64,000 nucleotides of DNA, from NCBI RefSeq assembly GCF_044704955.1, contig NC_091980.1, positions 13,330,001 through 13,394,000 on the forward strand, in the 5' to 3' direction. Of this stretch, positions 1 to 11,750 are shown piece after piece. The translations under genes and the position numbers were made by a program. The first letter of the stretch is position 1, and each line of letters begins with the position of its first letter. The notes under the pieces are model-generated. The model was not told the DNA's origin, ran no database searches, and saw only the letters and a program-made list of their open reading frames with translations. This DNA comes from Pristiophorus japonicus. Lineage: Eukaryota.

Positions 1-879
1 AACAAGTGTGCTGGAACCCTATAAGATATTGTTGGCACTTTCCAAACCAAATAGAGTTTTTTTAAATGTATGGGAAGAGTTGACTTTGTCCCACACTCTC
101 TAAAAGTTTATATTATAACTATATTGCGAGGAACTCTCTGCAAACATGTAACCATGGAATTACAGAACACTTTCCTTGGCAATAATATAGGAGTTGCAGC
201 AAGGTACTGTAAACCAGTTGGTTACTTCCTAGATACGATATTCTCAGCGTGATAATTCCATCTAACTAATATCAGGAAGTTTCTGAGTTTCAGATAATCC
301 TAAATTGACCAGGCCGGTTTGTGTTGGTGGCCTGCATACAAATTGCAGAAAACCTACTTTAGATCTATTCAGTATTTTTAAAATATTATGTTGAATCTTT
401 TACATGTCAACAGGGTATTAGTCGGTATGTTAGAACTCCTCTTACTAATATTTAGATATCAATGAATGGAGTTCTAATCAGATGCGTCAGCTGGATAACA
501 TCTCCGTTTCTGGAGCGTATGTAGGGGAGACCACTGTTCAACTCCAGTCACTTCCTCACAACCCATCACGCTCTACAGATACAACAGGAGATTGGTACCT
601 GTATATTTCTGGCCATTGACAGAAAAAAGTTAGAAGAAAATTTGATCCTATTAGTCTTGGCTGAATTGAAGCCCATGCAGGAGAGCAAAAAAGCAGTGTG
701 CTAATGCAATGTGCTTACCTTATCGGATTTGAATTTAATCAGCACACGTTAAAAGAACCATCCAAGGTTTGCACAGCTGAAAGTAAAGTAGGCAATTAGA
801 ACAGGCGATTGTAGGCTTGGCTGAATCACTATAACCTGGTCACAACGAAATATTCATTGAGACCTATTAATACGTTTTC

Positions 880-2110
880 AAGTGCGAAAATACAGCACCT
901 GAGGACATAAGGATAAGCAATTTCAATATTTTAAAATGAAGTAAAGCACTATATTGGTAATAACACAACAGTTCACCTAACGACCAAAATAAGAAAATGC
1001 TTGAGAATCATTTGCAGGATGCTCCAAATGGTAGCCAGGGAGCACAGGTTTCCTAAATAGGTTTTAGAAATTAAAAGCTGCAATTTCCAACTATAATTAA
1101 ATTCTTTGAGTGATAACTAAGCTAGAGTAAATCAATAGATGTAGTTTACTTAGGTTTTCAATCGTCCAGTGACAACAGTCCAAAAGTGAGACTGGTAGAG
1201 GTGTTTAAGACGTATTGAAGAGATCGCTCATTATATGGATGGTATGAGAATTGGATTAGTGTCAGAAGACAGTGGTCGGTGGTTACTATTTCCTGACATA
1301 TTCTTTCAGGATCATTTCTTGGACCTCGACCTTTAACAATGTTTGTAAATAATATGGGCATGGTGTAGTCGTGTTATTAATGTTCTCAGTGACAGAACGA
1401 TGTGTGTATGAAGGTAGTGAGGTGAAAGCTACATGATTATTTACAGTGTCATATTTATCAATGATAAAATTACGTTGATGTATGAAATATGCATTTAATG
1501 TTGATAAATGTATGCTCATATATATGATCAAGTATTAGCAAGCATGCATACAAGAAAAAATCTCTACTGTTATATGTTGAAAAAGTTTAAAAATAAGATA
1601 CCTGAGTGATCATAGATTATACCTGAATGCAACTAGTCAATATGAAAGAGGTTATAATATAGTAAATTGAGAATGGAGAAGTAACTGGAAAATTTTGCTT
1701 TTGAAGTCATGACAATTTATTCTGAAATGGTACAAATAAATTTATGGTCAATTCTGGCGTATGGCCTGCAGTATTTCGTCAAAAATAATATCTGCATTAG
1801 AAAGTGTTTGAAGGGTGACCAGGATGATTTTAGGCTTTTAGCATCAGTTTTCACTAACATCTATAATAACTGCATTGCTTTGCACTTCAGAAAAGAAGAT
1901 AGATGGGTTTACGATTCCAAAATGTTAAAATATTGAAAGCTATAAATAAAATGGAAGATAAGAAACTGCTTAACTTGAACCAAAGTGTAAGAATAGGGGA
2001 GTTAAACAAACAATTGTTAATGTCCAAGCAAAATTAGAAATTAGAAAACATCCGTTTCACTGGTTAGTCGTTGTGTGGCGCTCAGAATTGAGATTATTAT
2101 AAGTCAAATA
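880..2110 (+). pseudogene. Ancient, heavily decayed CR1-type LINE RT relic (paralogous copies at ~7020-9940, ~15340-16560, ~22080-24270, ~30050-32020, ~37050-38410)
   Basis: Collinear eroded motifs: ATAGATGTAGTTTACTTAG (DVVYLD), CAGGATCATTTCTTGGACC (QGSxLGP), TTTAATGTTGATAAATGT (FNVDKC), CTGGCGTATGGCCTGCAG (LEYCVQ-like). No open frame. Confidence 0.7.
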
Positions 2111-2287
2111 ACACATTAATAAGATTAGAAATATAAAATCGAATCATTAAAGCAAAATAGGAGGCATTTCGGCCTGTCGAGCCTGTGCCCGCTCTCTGCA
2201 AGAACACTTCAACTATTCCCAATCCAAGCCCTTCCCATGTAGCCCTGCAATAATTTTCCTTCAGCTAACTGTAACATCGTAAAACTT

Positions 2288-2682
2288 GTGGTATTTGAAT
2301 TTATGTTCTCTGAATTATTAGCCGAGGCCTCGGGATTAATAGTCCAGTAAAATAACCACAAAACTACAGCAGCCGTCTATGCAACTGAGTGGCTTCCTAG
2401 CCCATTTCAGAGGTTATTGGCTCTGGAGTCATGTATTAGCTAGGCTGCGTATGGGCAGCAGAATTCATTCACTTAAGGGCATTAGTGAAACAGATGGGTT
2501 TGACGACAATCCAGTCATTTCACGGTCACCTTAACTGATCTTAGATTTTTTTAATCGCATATTCATTAATTGAATTGAAATTCTGCAGTTTTCATTGTGG
2601 GATTTGAATTCATATCTCTGGATCATTATTTCAGGCTTCTGGATTACTAATCCAGTAGCATACCACTATGCTACTGTACCCC
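2288..2682 (-). mobile_element. Tandem tRNA-derived SINE pair (truncated head plus longer copy), co-duplicated in each spacer of units 1-6
   Basis: Reverse strand shows an A-box-like GTAGCATAGTGGT and a B-box-like TTCAAATCCCAC; body matches the + strand copy at 58001-58362. Paralogous copies near 10090-10415, 16735-17765, 24450-25480, 32195-32580 and 38570-39855. Confidence 0.7.
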
Positions 2683-3019
2683 AGTCGACCTAGCTGGATT
2701 TCAGTTTGGAATAATGGCGGACGATTGTAGAAAACGTAATCGTGCCGATTGATCTTTATGGGAGGATGTGGAAATAATTTAGTCTTCTTTAATAGTAATC
2801 CGCAACTGATTGGGGTTGGGAAACCTGGTTCCAGAATCATACATGGTTTATCAATGGAAATCGACTGGTGGGCCGAATGCGTTATGCTGGCTCCTTCCGT
2901 TCTTGGATTTTGATTTCTTGTATGCAGATTCTTCATAGCTGATCTTTAAGATATTGCTTGTAATTCAGTTCCAGAGCTAACTTCTTGCAACAAACAGAAA
3001 CATACAGACTGAAAAAAAA

Positions 3020-3240
3020 GCTTGATTCAATTTATAATTGTGCACCAATAAATATAACTATTCTGAACTGATTTCAGACCGTCCAGCTTTAAGAAATGAA
3101 CGGTATTCTGATTGGATGAATTTCAATGTGGCTCTGTTCACCAATCAGAAGCTGAGATGAGATTGGTGATCCGGCCTGCCCCCAGCCACCATCACGTAAG
3201 ATCAGACGCAGTGTAACATTGGACAGCGAGCAGCTCCTTC
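3020..3240 (+). promoter_or_regulatory. Putative promoter of exon 1 with CSE-like element (GTGGCTCTGTTCACCAAT, 3128-3145) and multiple CCAAT boxes
   Basis: Block is conserved before all nine exons: TTGTGCAC box 3038, AGCTTTAAG 3085, ATTGG 3111, CCAAT 3141, ATTGG 3162, GATCAGACGCAGTGTAACATTGG. Resembles the mammalian cPcdh CSE (CGCTGTTCACCAAT-type, from recall). Confidence 0.75.
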
Positions 3241-3438
3241 GGTTTTGCTCCCGAATCCATTGGCAATTTTAGACAAAATGAGAAGATTTAAATGAATTAT
3301 TCGAGCGATTCGCATAACGTGCAGGTATTTTTTTTTACATCGTAGCTAAACGATTTTTTTTAAACCTCGTAATAACTGCTCCAGTGTCATGAATGGTGCG
3401 GTCTCGGACTGAGCAAATTCGAATGCTTTACGCTGGAA

Positions 3439-5907
3439 ATGAGATTTAAAATATATTTGTTGCTAAAATGCCAACTATTGTTCTGTGTGTTCTCCACGGG
3501 GAATCTGGTTTCTGGGCAGATTCGTTATTCGATTCCTGAAGAACTGCAACTGGGCGCTTTGGTTGGGAATCTCGCCGCCGATTTGGGTTTAGATGTAAAG
3601 CAGCTCCCGGCTCGCAGTTTGCGGATTGTGCCCGGCTCCAGAAAACAGTTTATGGATGTAAATTTAGACAATGGAATTTTGTTTGTTAAGGAAAAAATTG
3701 ACAGAGAAAATCTTTGCGGGCCGATCCTCAATTGTGTGTTAACTTTGGATGCTGTGCTTGAAAATCCCCTCAATCTGTACCAGGTTGAAGTGGAGATTCT
3801 CGATGTAAATGACAATGCTCCCAGTTTTCCAAAGAACGAGTTCCGCCTTGATATCTTAGAGCTGGCTGCGCCGGGAGCGCGCTTCCCCCTCGAGTCCGCG
3901 CACGATCCGGACATTGGAATCAACTCAGTACAAACCTACCAGCTCCTCCCGAACGATTATTTTAGTCTCGATGTACAAATGCGCAGCGCAGAGGGAACGT
4001 TTCCTGTATTGGTGTTGCAGAGGTCCTTGGATCGAGAAACGGAATCCACCCACAGGCTCACGCTAACTGCCAAAGACGGCGGGGTCCCTGAAAGATCGGG
4101 CACTGCTCAGGTTGCAATCATAGTAACAGATGTTAACGACAACGCGCCTGTTTTCCCACAGTCGGTTTATAGGGTCAGCCTATTGGAAACGGCACCCACA
4201 GGAACCCTGATAATTACGTTAAACACCACTGACTTCGACGATGGTCCCAATGGGGAGATAATATACTCGCTCAGCAGCCATACTTCTGCTAGAACCCGTG
4301 AGTTATTTGACATACATTCCAAAACTGGAGAAATCAGAGTGAAAGGAAATTTGGACTATGAAGAAAGCAGATTACATGAGATTAATATACAAGCTATGGA
4401 CAGGGGGCTTTACGCAATGTCGGGTCTCTGCGATGTGCTGGTGAACATTATTGATGTGAATGATAACGCACCTGAAGTTACGTTGACGTCTTTGTCAAGG
4501 ACAGTGTCTGAAGATGCTCGGCTTGGAACTGTAGTGGCTCTGTTCAGTGCAGCAGACAAAGATTCGGGACAAAATGGGCAGGTACAATGTCAAATTTCAA
4601 ATAAACTGCCCTTCAAACTCCATTCATCTTTGAAGAACTATTATAGATTGCTGATTCAGCATCGACTGGATCGCGAACATACCTCCACGTATGACGTTAC
4701 TATAACGTGCACTGATGCTGGAAAACTTCCACTCACGTCAAAGAAAACCATTCGGGTAGAGGTTTCGGATATAAATGACAACGCACCACGGTTTACGCAG
4801 CCTCTATACACAGCAAACGTGATGGAGAACAACGTTATTGGAGCTTCTATATTCTCCATGACGGCCTTTGATCCAGATGTAGGTCAGAACGCGCGACTGA
4901 ACTATTCTATCATGGAGACTCAAGTTCAGGGTGCCTCAGTAACCAATTATATCGCTATTAACTCAGAGAGTGGTGCCATAATTGCTCAGAGATCGTTTGA
5001 CTATGAGAAATTGAAAACATTTCAGATCCAAGTTCGGGTCCAGGACTCTGGAGTCCCATCACTCGCCAGTAACGTTTCAGTGGATGTTGTTATCCTTGAT
5101 CAGAATGATAATGTTCCAGTCATCGTGCGCCCATTACCCGAGTATGGATCAACAGCAACAGAGACAATCTCCAGGTTTGCAGAACCAGGCTACTTGGTTG
5201 CCAAGGTATCGGCCACAGATGCTGACGCCGGTCAGAATGCTCGTCTTTCTTATCAGATTTTTCAGGCCACCCATCATAATCTTTTTACTATTTCACCAGT
5301 CACGGGAGAAATTTGGACTATCCGTCGTGTTGTGAATAAAGATGCCTCTAAGCAAAGATTGGTGATTGTGGTGAGAGACAATGGCACACCATCCCTCTCT
5401 GCCACAGTGACTATCATCCTATCTGTGGTGGGAAGCGATACTGAAATGTTTTCTAACGTCAGTGTTTTAACTGAACATCCTGGATTTAATTCTGACATGA
5501 GCCTTTCCTTGGTCATCGGCTTAGGGGTAATTTCTGTCATTTTTCTAGTGATTTTGATTATTCTCGCTGTTAAGGTACACAAAAGCAGAAATGGATTGAG
5601 AGGCCAGCACTGTTCCCTCGGTGTTTGTTACTGCTTTCAAACAAGACATTCTCTGAATGGAATTCAAAAGACTAGTAGAAACCTTCAGATACCACCGAAC
5701 TATGTTGAGGTATTCGGGGGTGATCCACTTTCTCAGAGTTTCCGCTACGAGTCATGTTCAACATTGCAGTCAACGAAGAGAGACTTCATGACCCACAACA
5801 CGTGCAGGTCATCTACAGGCAAGAACTATGTCCGGAATGAATCAATCGGGAAATCAAACCCAGAAACAATGAATTCTGTAAATTCCAGCAACACAATAAA
5901 CAATAAG
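3439..5907 (+). CDS. Clustered protocadherin variable exon 1 (823 codons; SP-EC1-6-TM-variable cytoplasmic domain)
   Basis: ORF has a signal peptide then QIRYSIPEE, repeated DRE/DxNDNAP/DxDxG cadherin Ca-binding motifs, a TM segment and PPNYVEVFGGDPLSQSFRY. Donor AAG|GTGAGG at 5907/5908, phase 0. Unspliced ORF stops at 5922. Confidence 0.95.
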
Positions 5908-8072
5908 GTGAGGTGTTTCTAAAATTGGAAGAAGGTCCTCACGGGTTTGATTTGGGTGTACAGACATATTTAGGAAAGGCCAGCACATTCAAATTAATAG
6001 GATGCACGTAATATCTTTAAGGCAAGATTCTCAGTTCACTATGCCATTGCTATTTCTAGTCAACATGCATGTCACTTTGCTATATAGTGTCCTCTCCTAG
6101 GATATGTTTACGTTTCTTTTCAATTCTATGTAACTCCAATGCATTGTCGATACGTGTTTAACAAGTATGTTCAGAAAATCCATATGATTCTTTTGGCACT
6201 TTCCTCACCAAATGGAGTTTATTAAATATGTAAGAAGTGGAGACATCGCTCCACACTCTCAATATTTAAAGTTTTACTATCATGTAAGGAACTCTTAGCG
6301 TACACGTAAATGTAAAAGTACATCTTTGGCAGCAGAATAAGAGTTCCAGCCAGGTACTGTAACTATTGGTTATTTTATAGTTGCCATGGTGTCAGCGTGT
6401 TAGTTCCAACGAATTAATATCAATAGGTTCCTGAGTTTTGGATCATCCTAAATTTATCCGGTCGTCTTGAATTTTTGGGTTTCTCACAAATGCTGAAAAA
6501 CTGACTCTAGGTCTGTTCGATATATTTTTAATGGAATCTTTCTGGTGTCAACAGGGAATGGCTGGGTTAGTCAGCTCTCTTATCACTAATATTTAGATAT
6601 CAGTGAAAGGCGCTCTGTCCAGATGCATAAGCATGTGAAAAAATTATTACTGTTTCTCTAGAGACTGCAGGTGAGACCACTATCCAACACCAGTAACAAC
6701 CTCACATGCCATCATGCTCTACAGATAAGCAGCAGATAGGGACTGTATATTTCTGCCATTCACAGCCAAAAAAGAGACGATAATTTCATCAAATTAGTCT
6801 GGATGGAACGGAATCCCATGCACGAGAAGATAAAAAAAGTGTGCCGATGCAGTGTGTGAACCTTCTCACCTGGATTTCAATTTTAATCAGCAAAGATTGA
6901 ACCAATATGTGTGCAGCTAAACTCAACATGGGCAATTAAAACCGGAGATTGTAGGTTTGGCTAAACCACCAAAATCTGGTCACAATGAAATATTGATTCA
7001 GACCTGTTAATACTTTCTATAAGCACAGCCCCTAGAAACCTAAGGAAAATTAGTGCCATTTCAATATTCAAAAAGAAATAAAGCACTATGTTGTAATAAC
7101 TCAACATTTCACCTAACGTCCAAAGTGAGAAAATATTTCAGAACCATTTGCAGATAGCTCCAATTGAAAGCCAGGGAGCACAGCTATTCTAATAAGGTTC
7201 GAGAAATGAAAGGCTGCACCTTACCAATATAATGGAATGTATTCAGAAGTAACTAAGCTAGATTAAATCAATACATGTAGGTTACTTAGATCGTCAATGG
7301 CTATTTGATAACAGTCTAAAAGTGAGACTGGTAGAGGAATTTAAGCTTCATGGAATAGATGGCACATTATATGTATGGAATGAGAATTGGCTTAGTGCCA
7401 GAAGACAGAGGTCGGTGGTTACTATTTCCTGGCATATTTTTCAAGGGTCCTTTCATAGATCTCTAACGTAGGCAATGTTTGCAAATCATATGGACATGGT
7501 ATGGTCGTTGTATTACTTTTCCCAGTGACACAAAGATGTCTGTATGCCCGAATTGAGCTGAAAGAAACATGATTATTAACAGAATTACATTTATCAATAA
7601 TAAAAATTGCTTTGAGATATGAAATATGCGTTTTACTATGGATAAATATAAGCTCATATATGTGTGTGATCAGATATCAGCAAACATGTGTATATCAAGA
7701 AATAATCTCCACTGGGATACGCTGAAAAACTTAAAAACAATATCCGGCAGTGATCATAGATGATTCACTGAATGTATCTAGTCAATATGAAACAGGTTGC
7801 AATGTAGTGAATTGAAAATGGAGAAGTAACTGGAAAGTATTGGTTTTCAAGTCACAACAATTTATGCTGAAATTGTACAATTAATTGTCTGCCCATTTCT
7901 GGAGTATGGCCTGCAGTTTTCATCACACATATCATACCTGCATTAGAAAAAGTTTGTAGGGTGACCAAGATGATGTTAGGCCTTTGGCATTAAGTTTTGA
8001 TTAACAGCTTAGCTAACTGCATTTCTTTGCACAGTGAGAAATAAGATAGAGGGGTTTATGTATGCAAGCCTT

Positions 8073-9848
8073 GCAGTCAGATTCAGGTGAATTTATAATG
8101 GGGAACAAAGAAATAGCCGACCAGTTAAACAAATACTTTGGTTCTGTCTTCACGAAGGAAGATACAAATAACTTTCCAGAAATACTAAGTGTCCGAGGGT
8201 CTAGTGAGAAGGAGGAACTGAAGGAAATCCTCATTAGGTGGGAAATTATGGTAGGGAAATTGATGGGATTGAAGGACGTTAAATCCCTAGGGCCGGATAC
8301 TCTGCATCCCAGAGTACTTAAAGAAGTGGCCCTAGAAATAGTGGATGCATTGGTGATCATTTTCCAACAGTCTATCGACTCTGGATAGTTTCCTATGGAC
8401 TGGAGGGTAGCTAATATATCACCACTTTTTAAGAAAGGAGGGAGAGAGACAGCGTTTAATTATAGACGGGTTAGCCTGACATCAGTAGTGGGGAAAATGT
8501 TGGAATCAATTATTAGAGATGAAATAGCAGCACATTTGGAAAGCAGTGATGGGATCGGTCCAAGTCAGCATGGATTTATGAATGGAAAATCCTGCTTGAG
8601 AAATCTAGAATTTTTTGAGGATGTAACTAGTAGAGTGGACAAGGGAGAACCGGTGGGTGTGGTGTATTTGGACTTTCAAAAGGCTTTTGACAAGGTCCCA
8701 CACAAGAGATTGGTGTGCAAAATTAAAGCACATGGTATTGGGGATAATGTACTGACGTGGATAGAGAACTGGTTGGCAGACAGGAAGCAGAGAGTTGGGA
8801 TAAACGGATCCTTTTCAGAATGGCAGGAAGTGACCAGTGGGGTGCCGCAGGGCTCAGTGCTGGGACCCCAGCTATTTACAATATACATCAATGATTTCGA
8901 TGAAGGAATTGAGAGTAATATCTCCTAATTTGCAGATGGCACTAAACTGGGTGGCAGTCTGAGCTGTGAGAATCGCTAAAAGGCTGCAGGGTGATTGGAC
9001 AGATTGGGTGAGTGGGCAAACGAGTGGTAGATGCAGTATAATGTGGATAAATGTGAGGTTATCCACTTTGGTAGCAAAAACACGAAGGCAGAATATTATC
9101 TGAATGGCAGCAGATTAGGAAAATGGAAGGTGCTACCAGACCTGGGTGTCATGGTACATCAGTCATTGAAAGTTGGCATGCAGGTACAGCAGTCGGTGAA
9201 GAAGGCAAATGGTATGTTGGTCTTCATAGTTAGGGGAGTTGAGTATAGGAGCACGGAGGTCTTACTGCAGTTGTACAGGGCCTTAGTGAGGCCTCACCTG
9301 GAATATTGTGTTCAGTTTTGGTCTCCTAATCTGAGGACGGACCTTCTTGCTATTGAGGGAGTGCAGTGAAGGTTCACCAGACTGACTCCAGGGATGGCAG
9401 GACTGACATATGACGAGAGACTGGATCGACTGGGCCTCTATTTACTGGAGTTTCGAAGGATGAAGGGATCTCGTAGAAACATATAACATTCTGACGGGAC
9501 TAGACAGGTTAGATGCAGGAAGAATGTTCCCGATGTTGGGGAAGTCCAGAACCAGGGGACATAGTCTAAGGATAAGGGGTAAGCCATTTAGGACTGAGAT
9601 GAGGAGAAACTTCTTCACTCAGAGAGTTGTTAACCTGTGGAATTCTCTACCGCAGAGAGTTGTTGATGCCATTTCAATGGATATATTCAAGAGAGAGTTA
9701 GATATAGCCCTTATGGCGAAAGGGATCAAGGCGTATGGAGCGAAAGCGGGAAAGGGGTACTGAGGTGAATGATCATCCATGATCTTCTTGAATGGTGCAG
9801 GTTCGAAGGGCCGAATGGCCTACTCCTGCACCTATTTTCTATGTTTCT
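8073..9848 (+). mobile_element. CR1/L3-clade LINE, 5'-truncated ORF2 (RT) plus 3' UTR, disrupted
   Basis: Broken ORFs with [51 protein letters not shown] and WNSLP; tail CCTACTCCTGCACCTATTTTCTATGTTTCT. Confidence 0.92.
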
Positions 9849-10512
9849 CTCTTTCTTTGTAAAAAGACATTTGCACAGGTTTGTGGTTTTGCATTGGGGA
9901 GAATGGGCCTTATTATAGGTCAAATAACACATTATTAAGACTTAGAACCATAAAATTGAATTGTTACAGCACAGTAGGATGCCATTCGGCCGATCGAGTC
10001 CCTGCAAGAGCACTTCACCTCGTCCCAATCCCCGAACTTACCCTTAGCCCTGCCTTTTTTTCCTTCAGTTAATCACAGAATCATTATACTTGTGGGATAA
10101 CCACTATACTACAGCATCCGTATATACAACTGACTAGCTTGATAGGCCTTTTCATAGGGCATTTCTGTGGGGCTGGGATCACATATAGGCCAGACCGAGT
10201 AAGGGCCCTTCCCTAAAGGACATTAGTGAACCAGATGGGTTTTTACTGCAATCTGGTAGTTTCATGGTCACTGATATTCGTTTTTCTTATTGCTGATTCA
10301 TTTAATTAAATGACTGTGAATTCCACAGCTGCCATTCTGGGATTTAAATTCCTATACCTGGAACATTAGTTCAGGCGTACTGAATTACTCGTAACATTCC
10401 ACCGCGCTATTGTACCCCTGTCGATCTAGCTGGGGTTTTTTTGGAAGAGAAGTGGAGGATTATAGAAATCTTATGATTGCTCTTTAAGGAAGGATACGGA
10501 AATAATTTAGTC

Positions 10513-11147
10513 CATAAAGGACGGGGGGCTCGGTTTAAGGTGGTTGGTGGAAGGTTTAGTGGGAATATGAGGGGAAGCGTCTTCACACAGAGGGTTTTGA
10601 GAGTCTGGAGCTCACAGCGTGGAAAGGTGACTGAGGCAGAATCTCTCAACATGTTTAAAAGATGCTTGGATAGGCACGTGATGTGCCATGACCTGCAGTG
10701 TTTACGGACCTAGAGCTGTTAAGTAGGATTAGATTGCATAACCTCTTGTGGCTGGCGCAGGTACGATGGTAAGTACTTTAGGGAATCCACTACGGCCAGA
10801 GTGATCTCCTGGACTAGGTTGGATCGCCTGGGTGTGTCGGAGAGGAATTTTCCCAGATTTCTTTCCTCTATTGGTCTGGGGTTTTTTCTGTTTTTTGCCT
10901 CTCCCAGGAGATTGCATGGTTTTCGGTGGGGTGGAGTGTAAAATGTTGCGATACATCGGGTATCGCAGTTGTGTGGGGCGGACTGGTTGGGCCGGATACT
11001 CTTTAGCTGTTCATTGTTCATAGGTTTATATGTAACCTTCAGCGCTGCTGACCGAGGGCCGTATAGCTCTTTGTCAGCCTGCGCGGGCACGATTGGCTGA
11101 AAAGGCCTCGTTCTGCACTGTAGATGTCTATGTTTCTATGTTTCTAT
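10513..11147 (+). mobile_element. CR1-like LINE 3' end with an unusually long 3' UTR
   Basis: Encodes ...FTQRVLRVWS...FKRCLDRH (CR1 ORF2 C-terminus) and ends in (TATGTTTC)n. Absent from paralogous spacers. Confidence 0.75.
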
Positions 11148-11324
11148 AGATGGATTATGAATGGAATTGGACTGATGAGTCCAATGAAATATGTTAATTC
11201 CTTCCATTCATAAGATGCTATTTTTGTACGTAGATTCTCCATAGCTGATCTTTTAGATGTTGGTTGTAAGTCAGTTCCAGAGCTAATATTTCACATCAGA
11301 CGAAAAACATAGAAACTAAAGAAA

Positions 11325-11550
11325 AGCTTAAATCAATTTTTAATTGTGCAACAATAAATACAAATAGCAGCGATGATTTCAGGCTGTCCAGCTTTAAGAA
11401 ATGAACTGTATTCCAATTGGTTGAATTTCAATGTGCCTCTGTTCACCAATCAGAAGCTGAGTTTGATTGGTGATCCGGCCTGCCCCGTTCACTACCCAGC
11501 CACCATCACGTAAGATCAGACGCAGTGTAACATTGGATAGCGAGCAGTTC
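11325..11550 (+). promoter_or_regulatory. Putative promoter of exon 2 (CSE-like GTGCCTCTGTTCACCAAT 11433-11450)
   Basis: Paralogous block: AGCTTTAAG 11390, ATTGG 11416, CCAAT 11446, ATTGG 11466. Confidence 0.75.
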
Positions 11551-11750
11551 CGTGAGTTTTGTGCAAAAATCCATTGGTAATTTTAGACAAAATGAGAAGA
11601 TTTAAATGAAATAATCCGAGCGATTCACAAAGCGTGCAGGTATTTGGCACAACGCAGCTAACCGATATTTAAAATATTTCCAATTAACTGCTCCAGGGTC
11701 AGGAATGGTGCGGTCCCGTACTGAGCAAATTGGAATGTTTTGCGCTGGAA

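Noticed and set aside
3321-3384. Possible small 5' UTR intron (CAG|GTAT ... CTCCAG)
   Set aside because: Only ~60 nt long, and the donor or acceptor is lost in genes 3, 5, 6 and 9.
3525-3923. ~130-aa antisense ORF over EC1, repeated in most exons (11837, 26324, 33421, 40710, 47566, 55289)
   Set aside because: It is a shadow of conserved coding sequence: stops in this frame need Tyr/His/Gln after specific wobble bases. It is truncated in exon 3, absent from the ORF track for exon 9, and has no independent coding signature.
5084-5335. Recurring alternative-frame ORFs 'QQQQRQSPG...' in EC6
   Set aside because: By-product of homogenised EC6 sequence; internal, with no promoter or splice support.
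8062-9763. RT-like ORFs as a functional or domesticated reverse transcriptase, or a DGR-like diversifier of the Pcdh exons
   Set aside because: All are 5'-truncated CR1 copies with stops and frameshifts. There is no template/variable repeat pair, and I saw no adenine-specific pattern among the exon differences.
11730-11750. N-terminal extensions from TTG/GTG starts in the ORF track (e.g. MECFALE)
   Set aside because: Bacterial-style start calls. The first in-frame ATG already gives a normal signal peptide, and the TTG is not conserved in all copies.
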